Shown here in pieces: positions 19,812 to 28,614 of a stretch of DNA of 64,000 nt. This DNA comes from a virus. The number at the start of each line of letters is the position of its first letter. The stretch's first letter is position 1. The notes under the pieces are model-generated. The model made no database searches. It saw only the letters and a program-made list of their open reading frames with translations, and was not told the origin of the DNA. Both the position numbers and the translations under genes were made by a program. The DNA lies in IMG/VR virus record IMGVR_UViG_3300037311_000293. One strand, given 5' to 3'.

Positions 19812-20324
19812 ATGATTCGTACACTGGATCGCGCGTTGCTACAAGCAAGAGTCGAAGACCTCGAGCGCCAGGTCGACGCCCTGAATGCTCAGATCGTCGG
19901 GCGAACCTCCGGGCTTTTCCGGCCTGAACAGCTTGTCACGCTCTACATGGACGCGGCGAAGACCCCGGCTTACGACGAGATGTCGGCGCGTCATTGGGCC
20001 CGGCAAATCTTCTGCCTCGATGTCCGCCAGTTCCTGTTCATGGCCCGGCTGTGCCGTGACCCCTTCCCCTGGCAGCCCTTTCTCCGCCTACTCGACCTCT
20101 ACGTAGTCGAGGGCTTCGACTACCTCGTCGACGACGCCCACAGCCATGTGTTGTCCGTGGCTCAGGGCCTGTTGAACATCCAGGGTCTCCGTAAGATCGG
20201 CCCACGAGATGTCATGGGCAACCCGCTGCGCATAAAAGCTGCGATCTCTACTATCAGAGATCGAGGAGGCTCTAGTGCAGCTAACCGTAAAGATCTCGGA
20301 TCTGTGGACGGCAACCGTCGATAA
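19812..20324 (+). CDS. Hypothetical protein
   Basis: ATG 19812 with AGGGGA RBS; N-terminal coiled coil; divergent from the head operon. Confidence 0.55.
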   Translation: MIRTLDRALLQARVEDLERQVDALNAQIVGRTSGLFRPEQLVTLYMDAAKTPAYDEMSARHWARQIFCLDVRQFLFMARLCRDPFPWQPFLRLLDLYVVEGFDYLVDDAHSHVLSVAQGLLNIQGLRKIGPRDVMGNPLRIKAAISTIRDRGGSSAANRKDLGSVDGNRR

Positions 20325-20490
20325 CGTCAGCGTCATTCTGACGGCCGGAAAATCCGGACTACGGATCAAGATCACACCACAGGCCGTGACGCTGACCGCG
20401 ACGGGTGCGGACGACAGCGTCTTGGGCGAGCGTGTCTTCTCGATGGAAGAGGTTCTCAAGGCCGTCCCGGCCATCTTGGGGGTTCAATGA
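20275..20490 (+). CDS. Small hypothetical protein
   Basis: 71 aa; RBS GGAGG; ATGA overlap with gyrB. Confidence 0.6.
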   Translation: MQLTVKISDLWTATVDNVSVILTAGKSGLRIKITPQAVTLTATGADDSVLGERVFSMEEVLKAVPAILGVQ

Positions 20491-22409
20491 GTAAGGGCAA
20501 GGCATACAACGCCAGTGCGATTCGTCAGCTCAAGGGTCTCGAGGCCGTCCGAGAACGACCCGGCATGTATCTCGGCGACCCCACCAGCGGCGACGCCCTC
20601 CACCACCTCATCAAGGAGGTCGTCGACAACAGCGTCGACGAACATCTCGCCGGGTACTGCAATGAGATCGAGGTCGAGCTCTTCACCAACGGGTTGTGTT
20701 CCGTTCGAGACAATGGCCGTGGCATCCCCGTCGACATCCACCCCGAAGAAGGGGTCAGCGCCCTCCAGATGGTGATGTGCTCGTTGCACGCCGGAGGGAA
20801 GTTCGACCACGACAGCTACGAGAAGTCGGCCGGTCTTCACGGTGTCGGCGTCTCCGCCGTCAACGCCGTTAGCGAGGAATGCGCCGCCCACATCTGGCGC
20901 GACGGTACCTACTGGACGCAGACCTACACCCGCGGTGTACCTGACGGTCCGGTACAGAAGATGGGCCCGTGGCCCGGTCCCACCGGCACGATGATCGTAT
21001 GGAAGCGCGACCTCGAGATCTTCCGTGACGTCATCGAGTACGACAGGAAGATCGTCGCAGACCGCCTTCGTGAGCTCGCCTTCCTGAACCCCGGGCTCAA
21101 GATCACGCTCAAGGACCATCGGGAGAAGAAGCCGGTGGTGGAGGTCTACGACTATCGAAACGGGATCGTCGACTACCTCAAGGAGGTCGTGGGCAACAAA
21201 GGCGCGCTGTTCCCCGTTCTGTACTTCACGGACTCCGCAGCAGTCGAGATGGCGTTCACCTGGACCGGAAAGCACGACGAAGACATCCGCTGCTACGCCA
21301 ACAACACGCACAACAGAGACGGCGGAACCCACCTCACTGGGTTCAAGAACGGGCTCACACGCCTGATCACAAACTACGCCAAGGAGCACAACATGCTCCG
21401 AGATCTTCCCGGCGACGGCCTGACTGGTGGCGACATCCGAGAGGGCATCGTGGCCATCGTGAACACCCGGTTGAAGGAAGTGGCCTTCAGCTCGCAGACC
21501 AAAGACAAGTTGGTCACGCCCAGAGCAAAGACGGTGGTCGAGGAGCTCTTCGTCGACCAAGTCGCCCACTACTTCGAGAAGGAGCCTGGTCTGGCCAAGA
21601 AGATCGCCGAGAAAGCGATCATCAATGCGAAGGCCAGAGAGGCGGCGCGGAAGGCCCGAGATCAGGTCCAGCGCAAGGAATGGATGGACCCGTTGAGCCT
21701 TCCGGGCAAGCTGGCCGACTGCCAGAGCAAGCGCCCGGACGAATGTGAGCTCTTCATCGTCGAAGGCGATTCTGCCGGTGGCTCAGCCAAGGGCGGACGC
21801 GATCGCCGATTCCAAGCCATTCTCCCGCTGCGTGGCAAGGTGCTGAACGTCGAGCGCGCCGATGCCGAAAGCATCCTCGAGAACAAGGAGATCGGAACGC
21901 TCATCACCGCCATGGGTTGCGGTATCGAGCAGTCCAACACCTTCAACTCGAAGAAGCTGAGGTACGGCAAGATCATCATCATGACCGATGCAGATGTTGA
22001 TGGCGCCCACATCCGCACGCTGCTGCTGACCTTCTTCTACCGCTGCATGCCGCGGCTGCTCCACGACGGCCACATCTACATCGCGCAGCCCCCGCTTTAC
22101 GGGGTTCACATGGGGAAGACCACGAAGTACTTCACAGATCCCGAAAGTCTCGAGGCCTTCCGGGCCACCTTGGACGTAGGCTCGCGGAAGTCGTACCGCA
22201 TCACACGGTACAAGGGTCTAGGTGAGATGAACGCCGAGGATCTGTGGCACACCACACTGAACCCGGATAACCGCGTGCTGCGTCAGGTGACGGTTGCAGA
22301 TGCCGTCGAGGCCGAAGACTACTTCACGTTGCTCATGGGAGACGACGTCGACGATCGCAGGCGTTGGATCGACAACAACGCACAGTACGCCGGTGATCTG
22401 GATATCTGA
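20487..22409 (+). CDS. gyrB: DNA gyrase/type IIA topoisomerase subunit B
   Basis: 640 aa; LEAVRERPGMY, EVVDNS, DNGRG, GLHGVG (GHKL ATPase); EGDSA, PLRGK, MTDADVDG (TOPRIM); RYKGLGEM; ends in a gyrB-like DLDI. Confidence 0.95.
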   Translation: MSKGKAYNASAIRQLKGLEAVRERPGMYLGDPTSGDALHHLIKEVVDNSVDEHLAGYCNEIEVELFTNGLCSVRDNGRGIPVDIHPEEGVSALQMVMCSLHAGGKFDHDSYEKSAGLHGVGVSAVNAVSEECAAHIWRDGTYWTQTYTRGVPDGPVQKMGPWPGPTGTMIVWKRDLEIFRDVIEYDRKIVADRLRELAFLNPGLKITLKDHREKKPVVEVYDYRNGIVDYLKEVVGNKGALFPVLYFTDSAAVEMAFTWTGKHDEDIRCYANNTHNRDGGTHLTGFKNGLTRLITNYAKEHNMLRDLPGDGLTGGDIREGIVAIVNTRLKEVAFSSQTKDKLVTPRAKTVVEELFVDQVAHYFEKEPGLAKKIAEKAIINAKAREAARKARDQVQRKEWMDPLSLPGKLADCQSKRPDECELFIVEGDSAGGSAKGGRDRRFQAILPLRGKVLNVERADAESILENKEIGTLITAMGCGIEQSNTFNSKKLRYGKIIIMTDADVDGAHIRTLLLTFFYRCMPRLLHDGHIYIAQPPLYGVHMGKTTKYFTDPESLEAFRATLDVGSRKSYRITRYKGLGEMNAEDLWHTTLNPDNRVLRQVTVADAVEAEDYFTLLMGDDVDDRRRWIDNNAQYAGDLDI

Positions 22410-22432
22410 GTGCAAAAACCAGTCCGAAATCA

Positions 22433-22446
22433 CCTATTAGTAGATG
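22433..22446 (+). promoter_or_regulatory. Variant copy of the 14-bp phage motif (CCTATTAGTAGATG)
   Basis: 11/14 match to CCTATCAGTAAGTG found at 36033 and 46268; intergenic. Confidence 0.45.
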
Positions 22447-22475
22447 AAGAGGAACTATCCCTTCACAACACAAAC

Positions 22476-22504
22476 ACCCTGCATCAGTGATGCGGGTTTT
22501 TTTT
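22476..22504 (+). terminator. Intrinsic terminator-like hairpin upstream of an RBS
   Basis: ACCC(T)GCATC-AGT-GATGCGGGT followed by 8 T. Confidence 0.6.
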
Positions 22505-22519
22505 CTGGAGGAGAGAACC

Positions 22520-23140
22520 ATGACGCAGACCACCGCCGCGAAGAAGACCGAGAAGAACAACGAGCAGCTCGACGCCGTCGTCGAGGCCGTCGAGAGCCGC
22601 ATCGCCTCCTCGGAGGCGAAGGTGGCCGCCCACGTGGCGTCCGAGATGGAGGCCACGAAGAGTCAGATCAAGTTCCTGGCCCGCGGGCTCCAGCAGATCA
22701 TCGACGGTGGGCCCGCGCCCACCGCCGGCCTGGTCATCCCGGCCTCGTCGCCGCGGCCGATCGAGGAGGGCCTCCTGGGCCTGCGCAAGCGGCCCGCCCC
22801 GGTGAAGGTGACGCTCACCGAGATGGAGGCGCTCGCTCGCGTGCCCAGCATCGCGGCGCACATGATGACCGGGGCCAGCGAGGACCCGGCGACGCAGGAG
22901 GTGCTCGACACCGCTGCCGCCGGCCTGCTGTCCGCCGCCGTCAAGGCCGCGTACGACGGCGGCCTCATCGAGGCGCCGAAGAAGCCGATGAGCACGGCCA
23001 TGAAGGTCGGGCTCGCGGTCGGTGGGGTCGCGGTCGTCGGCGGCCTCGGCTACCTCGGCTACCGCGCCTACAAGGCGGCGGAGGCCACGGAAGCCGAGGA
23101 CGAGCTGGTGGAGGCGGTGGACGCCGAGATCATCGTCTGA
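22520..23140 (+). CDS. Highly expressed protein with C-terminal membrane anchor
   Basis: Start ATG 22520 (RBS GGAGGAG); near-100% GC3; C-terminal VGLAVGGVAVVGGLGYLGY. Confidence 0.75.
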   Translation: MTQTTAAKKTEKNNEQLDAVVEAVESRIASSEAKVAAHVASEMEATKSQIKFLARGLQQIIDGGPAPTAGLVIPASSPRPIEEGLLGLRKRPAPVKVTLTEMEALARVPSIAAHMMTGASEDPATQEVLDTAAAGLLSAAVKAAYDGGLIEAPKKPMSTAMKVGLAVGGVAVVGGLGYLGYRAYKAAEATEAEDELVEAVDAEIIV

Positions 23141-23158
23141 CCCCGACCAGGGGTAAAA

Positions 23159-23207
23159 CAAAAGAATGGGGGACGGGCCGTAGGGCCTAGTCTCCCGCTC
23201 TTTTGCT
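23159..23207. terminator. Bidirectional terminator between convergent genes
   Basis: CAAAAGA...GGGGAC GGGCC-GTAG-GGCCT AGTCTCCC...TCTTTTG imperfect hairpin. Confidence 0.6.
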
Positions 23208-25045
23208 TACATCGCGTAGTCCTGCGAAATCTTTGCTTCGATCTCTTCCATCGCGAAGTCTTCACTCCGACTTCGAGCCGCGTCATCCGTACTGTGCTCC
23301 TGAATCGGCGCGATGATGTCAGGCCGCCGGTGCTGCAAGAAGCTCGCGAGCATACAGTAGATGATCGAATGGAAGGTGTCGTCCGGAATACCCCGTGGTT
23401 TGTCGTATTTGATCATCTTCATCGAATCCGAGTACTCGGAATGGATCGACAAGATGTCATCGGCAAACGGGGTCTTGTAGACGTCCCAGTCGGGTAGGCG
23501 GATCTTCTTGGTCTTCAGTGCCATGAAGATGTCCGCCATGATGGGGGTGCGGAACACGATGTAGCGGTTGAGCGCGCTCTTGTACGTCACCTTCCGAGGG
23601 GATCGTGCCGCGTACTGGAACTGGTGGATACGCTTCGGGCCGAACACCGAGGTCAGCTTCTTGTTGGGGTGGAAGCCCATACCGTAGTCGACGCCAACGA
23701 ACTTCAAGCGGAACTTCCGGATGAGCCGCATGATCTCTTCCATCTGCGGATCAGGATCTACAAGCTGACCATCGAAGCGCTTGGAATACAAGATCTGAAA
23801 GCTCGAGTCGTTTCGTACGTAACCGCCGACCGTGAGCACGGTGTAGGCGTGCTCACCAGTACCCCAGTCGATGCCGCCAAAGAGCTCGTGGCTCTGCGCC
23901 AACGTAGCCACGGCATCTTCGTCCATGGTGTAGGTACTGGTCTCGTCGCAGGACATGACGAGTTCGGCGCGAGTGATCGGTTTGGTGCCGGCGTCGAAGC
24001 TCAGCGCCATGACCTCGTTCATGAACTGCGCCGTGGGGTAGTTCTCCATGGCGTGGATGATCGAGCGCCACTTCGAATACGGATCTGGAGAGTCCATGTC
24101 GGGCTTCCAGAACCACGGCACCATGAGGCGGCAGATCCTATACCCCTCGAACTCTGCCCCTGGATTCATCTCAACCCAACGCGCCGCCGGATGCTCGGGG
24201 TTGATGGGGTGACCACAGCGGTCGCAGATCGGTCCTTTCTTGCCGATGTTCTTCGGACCCAACACGTTCCAGTGCCAGGTACCCGGCTGGTTCGGCGTAC
24301 CGTGCCTGTCGCAGGGGATGCACCACTCGGCTTGGGTCGACTGCTTTGACCAAATGCTCTCGATCGTGTTGTCGAAGGTCTTCGGGGTCCCGCTGTACAT
24401 GTAGAGCGGGTTCTTGAAGTGCGACGCCGTCTCCGCGATGACGGGCATGACGTCCTGCAAAAGATCCTGAACCTCATCGGCGAACACTGCGTTGTTCGAC
24501 AAGCCGCGAATACGGTCAGCGCTCAAGAAGGCATAGCGAAGGTAGATCTTCGACCGATTCAGGAACTCCTTCTCCAACAGGTTGTAAGTGAGGCTCTTGT
24601 GCGTAAGGGCCTTCACCATCGGCGACAGATCAATGATGTCGTCGATACGCGCAGTCGAAAACACCTTCGTCTGCATAGCGGACGGCGTGACGAACAACGC
24701 CGTGTACATCGGATTCATGCCGACCAAGCTCAGCAGCCGGTTGCCGATCGTCGTCGACTTCTCGGTCTGACGACTCGTCATGAACAAGATCTTGCGCGCC
24801 TGTGTGTCGTAGACCCGGCGAAGATACTCGCGCTCCGAGAACTCGATGGGCTTGACTGCACCACGATCTCCGTCTTTGATACGGACGAAATGCTCAACCC
24901 ATTGCGAGCTCTTGAGCTTGATCTTGGTTGTACGACGCCGAACCTTCTTCTTCGTGAACGGATCGTCGACCCGAGTGTTCGGCTCTCGACTGGCGTAAGC
25001 AGAGGGATCGATGTCTGAATCCGAAAAGATGGGCCTGCTCGGCAT
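23207..25045 (-). CDS. terL: Terminase large subunit
   Basis: Walker A-like SRQTEKST, Walker B FADEVQD, SGTP coupling motif, nuclease GGIDWG and DDTFHS; start ATG 25045 (alternative GTG 25114). Confidence 0.9.
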   Translation of the reverse strand: MPSRPIFSDSDIDPSAYASREPNTRVDDPFTKKKVRRRTTKIKLKSSQWVEHFVRIKDGDRGAVKPIEFSEREYLRRVYDTQARKILFMTSRQTEKSTTIGNRLLSLVGMNPMYTALFVTPSAMQTKVFSTARIDDIIDLSPMVKALTHKSLTYNLLEKEFLNRSKIYLRYAFLSADRIRGLSNNAVFADEVQDLLQDVMPVIAETASHFKNPLYMYSGTPKTFDNTIESIWSKQSTQAEWCIPCDRHGTPNQPGTWHWNVLGPKNIGKKGPICDRCGHPINPEHPAARWVEMNPGAEFEGYRICRLMVPWFWKPDMDSPDPYSKWRSIIHAMENYPTAQFMNEVMALSFDAGTKPITRAELVMSCDETSTYTMDEDAVATLAQSHELFGGIDWGTGEHAYTVLTVGGYVRNDSSFQILYSKRFDGQLVDPDPQMEEIMRLIRKFRLKFVGVDYGMGFHPNKKLTSVFGPKRIHQFQYAARSPRKVTYKSALNRYIVFRTPIMADIFMALKTKKIRLPDWDVYKTPFADDILSIHSEYSDSMKMIKYDKPRGIPDDTFHSIIYCMLASFLQHRRPDIIAPIQEHSTDDAARSRSEDFAMEEIEAKISQDYAM

Positions 25046-25085
25046 GACTGGCTTCTTCCTCGGCCTTCTAGGTTCTGCGGTCTCG

Positions 25086-25159
25086 GAGTCCCGTAGCGGC
25101 AGCGACGGTGCCACATGGTTCCGTTTCGGGATGGAACCGCTACCGCAGCTACGGGACTC
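25086..25159. other. Long nested inverted repeat upstream of terL
   Basis: GAGTCCCGTAGC (25086-97) / GCTACGGGACTC (25148-59) perfect 12 bp, plus inner GGTTCC/GGAACC. Confidence 0.7.
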
Positions 25160-25316
25160 AGCGAAGAAGTTCTTGAAAGCCTACAACGCAGAGCACGGCA
25201 CGAAGTTCACCGTCTCCTTTGCGCCGTACCGCATGGTACTCAGAGAGGGGCGTCGATCACCGAAAAAAAGCGCTCGACGATCGGCCAAGGGTCAGGGGAC
25301 GCCCCGAGATTCTTGA
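25131..25316 (+). CDS. Possible small basic protein
   Basis: MEPLPQLRDSAKKFLKAYNAEHG... looks protein-like, but RBS is weak and it overlaps the convergent gene by about 77 nt. Confidence 0.25.
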   Translation: MEPLPQLRDSAKKFLKAYNAEHGTKFTVSFAPYRMVLREGRRSPKKSARRSAKGQGTPRDS

Positions 25317-25614
25317 CGATGATGCAGAAGCTGTTGAGCTCTTCGGTGAACACGGCCTTGAGATTCTCGAGGCGAAAGCACTGAGGCATCGCCTTCTCCA
25401 AGCGCTCGGGCATCTTGAACGAAGGGTCCCAGGAGCCGTTGCTGTCCTTCGTCCGGTCCGGTGGGAAGAACTGGAACACCATCGCGCCGTCGTCGTACCG
25501 GACGCCGTACTCGGCGACGTAGTACGTTGTGACGCGTGCCAGGCGATTCGGAAGGGCTTCGCGCAGAGAGCTGCCTTCGACGGGCGCTCCTGCGAACTCG
25601 TTGATGTCAGTCAT
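25240..25614 (-). CDS. Hypothetical protein
   Basis: 124 aa; ATGA overlap with the upstream gene. Confidence 0.65.
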   Translation of the reverse strand: MTDINEFAGAPVEGSSLREALPNRLARVTTYYVAEYGVRYDDGAMVFQFFPPDRTKDSNGSWDPSFKMPERLEKAMPQCFRLENLKAVFTEELNSFCIIVKNLGASPDPWPIVERFFSVIDAPL

Positions 25615-26582
25615 GCGATCTCCTCGTCAGGTTCCTTGTCAGCAGGAACTTCAGCGTAATCGGTTGCTGGAAGATCCACCACATTACCCGGCCTAAGTGC
25701 CGGGAGGTCTTTGACCGTGTCGATCTTTGTGGCGTCGTACGTCGTCTCGATACGACGGAACTCGTCGATCAGCTCAGACGTACTGCCACGATGGCGCGTG
25801 AGCTCCTCATCGGCGCCGCGAACCATCTGAAAAGCCATGAAGGCTGCTTGTGTCCTCTGCAAGGACGGTCGCGTACTAAGCAACGCGTGCCCCATGAACA
25901 TGTTGAAGCCTTGATCTCGAATGGCGGTGTACATCGCCACCGAGCTCAACGAGTCGGCACTACGGTCTGTAAGGGCAAGAACCAATGCCGCCCCAGCCGC
26001 AGAGCGCGGGGCATTGAGCGCCGCGAGGTAGTCAGAGTTGAGCTCAGCCGTTTCCTTGGGATCTTCGCCGTCGGCTCCGAGCCAGGACACCGCGATGCGT
26101 CGCCACTCCGGGATCGAGAGCGCCCCGGGATCCCAGTAGTAATGGGCAAAGGCGCGGACAACGCGGACGTTCATCGAGCGCTCTGGAAGACCGAAGCGTC
26201 CAGCGATTCGCGTCGCAATGGCCGCAGGGGTCAGCGGTCCCAACAGAAGGGCTTGAAGCACGCGACGAATCATGGGCTCGAACAGAAGGTCGGTCGCAGC
26301 CCCCACGAACGGGTCGTTGGTCCACATGCCGTGGATGCCCATGCGCTCCAGGAACATCGAAGTCGCCTTCTCCATCGGCTTCTTCAACGGATCGAACTCC
26401 GGAGGCAGGAGTAGCTTGCGACGATAGCGGATGAGTTCTTCCGTGAACTTGATGAGCTCCTTCTCTTTTCGAGGCAGAGGCAAAGACAGATCATCGAGAT
26501 GCTCGATGATCTGTGCAGTGCTGTAGGCCCTCTTCGTGAGGAGGTAGTTGATGTAATGCCTACTGGGGTGCCGAAGCATCAC
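25611..26582 (-). CDS. Hypothetical protein (terminase small subunit candidate)
   Basis: 323 aa helical, two genes upstream of terL; assignment is positional only. Confidence 0.45.
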   Translation of the reverse strand: MMLRHPSRHYINYLLTKRAYSTAQIIEHLDDLSLPLPRKEKELIKFTEELIRYRRKLLLPPEFDPLKKPMEKATSMFLERMGIHGMWTNDPFVGAATDLLFEPMIRRVLQALLLGPLTPAAIATRIAGRFGLPERSMNVRVVRAFAHYYWDPGALSIPEWRRIAVSWLGADGEDPKETAELNSDYLAALNAPRSAAGAALVLALTDRSADSLSSVAMYTAIRDQGFNMFMGHALLSTRPSLQRTQAAFMAFQMVRGADEELTRHRGSTSELIDEFRRIETTYDATKIDTVKDLPALRPGNVVDLPATDYAEVPADKEPDEEIA

Positions 26583-28603
26583 GTCCCCGAGAGATCGCGA
26601 AGCGAGAGCGCCTTGAGCCCCTGGATGACGTCGTCGAGTCCTCGAGCCGCGCGCGCCGCCGCGGCTTCCGGTACCTCACTGAGGCCCACACGAGAACCGA
26701 GAACGAGCTCGCACAGCATGGAAAGGCACTTCTCGAAGTACGGGATCCGGCTGATGTAGAGATGAACGTTCTCGGAGTTGATCAGCCCGAGGCTGAGGAC
26801 TGCGTCCACCGTCATCGACGACGGCATCGCCGCGGCTTCCTTCACGAGCTCTCGACGCAGACTCATGACCGCGGCGCTGTTCTCTGCTGCGATCTTCCGG
26901 GTACCGCTCGCGATGTCCCGGGCGAGCTTGACGTCGTTGAACCCCGTCACCGCTACGGGGTTGTCCATGGAAGCCGCGGCGATCTTGTTGGCGTGTGCTG
27001 CGTCGGCTCCGGCGAGGCAGAGGACGAACACCGCATCGTCGTAGCTCAGCGACTTCGACGTCACCGAGGCCAGCTTCGGAAGCCCGCGGAGCTCGAGCTG
27101 GAACGTTTCGCCATCCCATCCACCCAGGCGAATCGAGGCCCGACTCACCTCGGCCGCCGTCTTCGTAGCGGCTTCCGGTTCCTCGACCAAAGCAACGAGA
27201 CTTTCGTTCTCGAGCGGCAAGAACTTCGCCGATGCCGGGAGAAGGAACTCACCCTTCAGCACCTGCATGACCTTGAGGCCCGGAACCATGCGGACGCGGG
27301 TGTGCTCTCCGGTCAGCGAACGGCACAACCAGGAATCACCACCACCGAGCTCGGCCTCACCTCCCTGCACCAGAAGCGGCACAGTGGCTTCCACGCCGCC
27401 CTGGCCTGCCATGTAGAAGCACCCGGTGCCCTTGGGAGGCGCCGAAGGCAGGTCGACACCCTCGGCGACCCGGGCACCCGCAATCTGGCCCTGTACGACC
27501 GCTGCGGCGCCGTTGGTGAACACCGCCATGGGTACGCGGGAGCCATCGAGATCGACGAGGTTGGGAAGTACCCAGCCCGTCATCTCCTTGCCATGAACGG
27601 TCTTGACCTTGTAGATGCCTGGGGTATCGACGCGTACCCACTTCGAGCTGTCGGTGTCGATCTTCATCGCACCACCGGCAACGGTCACGGTACCTTCGGT
27701 GTCGACACGACGCGTCACGTCGTCACCAGCGAACTTGAGGAAGCGAGCTCGCGACATCAGAACAGGAGCCGTGTCGTGCAGCGCTGAGCGCGACGCCGCC
27801 TTGACCCAGTAGGATCCATCGGCGTAGCCGCACTGGACGACGTCTGCGGAGGCCGCAGACAGCGCGGTGTTGAAGACCTCATCGCTTCGGTGCGTCGCAG
27901 TCTTCTCGGCAGCGGAGAGCAGCAGCAACGCGTGAGTCATCACGGGATTGACGCCCTCGAGGATTGCCGGCTCCTTCTCCGCGATCTTGGCGAGGCCCGT
28001 GAGGTCGGGTCGCAGGAGCGTCGGAGCCACTGCCGAGAGCATGGGGTAGTCCGCAGCACTGAGCTTCATGCCGGGACCCTGGATCATCGTAACAGCGCCC
28101 TGGGTTCCACCGCCCATGCCCTGCGAGATGCCGGCACCGAAGTCATTGTCACTCCGCCCCGGCGGATAGAACATGTTGTAGAGGTTCGTGTCGCCCCAGT
28201 CGTCGGTGATCATCTCGAACGTCTCAGGGCGGAACAACGCCTCACGAAGACGCACGGCGTTAAGCGGGGCCATTTTGCCCGAGCGAGTCATCAGGATGTC
28301 GAGCGGGGACAACTCGTGGTTCTTGATGACGATGGGGATCACGACACGGCGGGCGTTGGCTCCAGGACGAGCCACCGACAAGGCGCTATCGGTCGAGTTC
28401 TCGACGATGATGACGCCGTAGCCGTACCCCTGTTCTTCGTCGACCTTCATCATCGCGACGCGGGGTGTGTAGTCCGATGCCTCCGGCAGCGTACGGAACA
28501 GCTCGACGAGAATCTGGCGCGGCCAGGCCTCGGGGTCCTCATCGAGGGTGACGGCTGCCGTCTTCTCGAACTTCAGGGAAGGCTTCTGGAGGAAAAGATC
28601 CAT
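26579..28603 (-). CDS. Large virion/internal head protein
   Basis: Start ATG 28603 (RBS AAAGGTG), 674 aa; about 10 K-x-A motifs (KTAA, KLSA, KIAE, KTAT, KLAS, KIAA, KEAA). Confidence 0.7.
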   Translation of the reverse strand: MDLFLQKPSLKFEKTAAVTLDEDPEAWPRQILVELFRTLPEASDYTPRVAMMKVDEEQGYGYGVIIVENSTDSALSVARPGANARRVVIPIVIKNHELSPLDILMTRSGKMAPLNAVRLREALFRPETFEMITDDWGDTNLYNMFYPPGRSDNDFGAGISQGMGGGTQGAVTMIQGPGMKLSAADYPMLSAVAPTLLRPDLTGLAKIAEKEPAILEGVNPVMTHALLLLSAAEKTATHRSDEVFNTALSAASADVVQCGYADGSYWVKAASRSALHDTAPVLMSRARFLKFAGDDVTRRVDTEGTVTVAGGAMKIDTDSSKWVRVDTPGIYKVKTVHGKEMTGWVLPNLVDLDGSRVPMAVFTNGAAAVVQGQIAGARVAEGVDLPSAPPKGTGCFYMAGQGGVEATVPLLVQGGEAELGGGDSWLCRSLTGEHTRVRMVPGLKVMQVLKGEFLLPASAKFLPLENESLVALVEEPEAATKTAAEVSRASIRLGGWDGETFQLELRGLPKLASVTSKSLSYDDAVFVLCLAGADAAHANKIAAASMDNPVAVTGFNDVKLARDIASGTRKIAAENSAAVMSLRRELVKEAAAMPSSMTVDAVLSLGLINSENVHLYISRIPYFEKCLSMLCELVLGSRVGLSEVPEAAAARAARGLDDVIQGLKALSLRDLSGT

Positions 28604-28614
28604 GTTGATCACCT

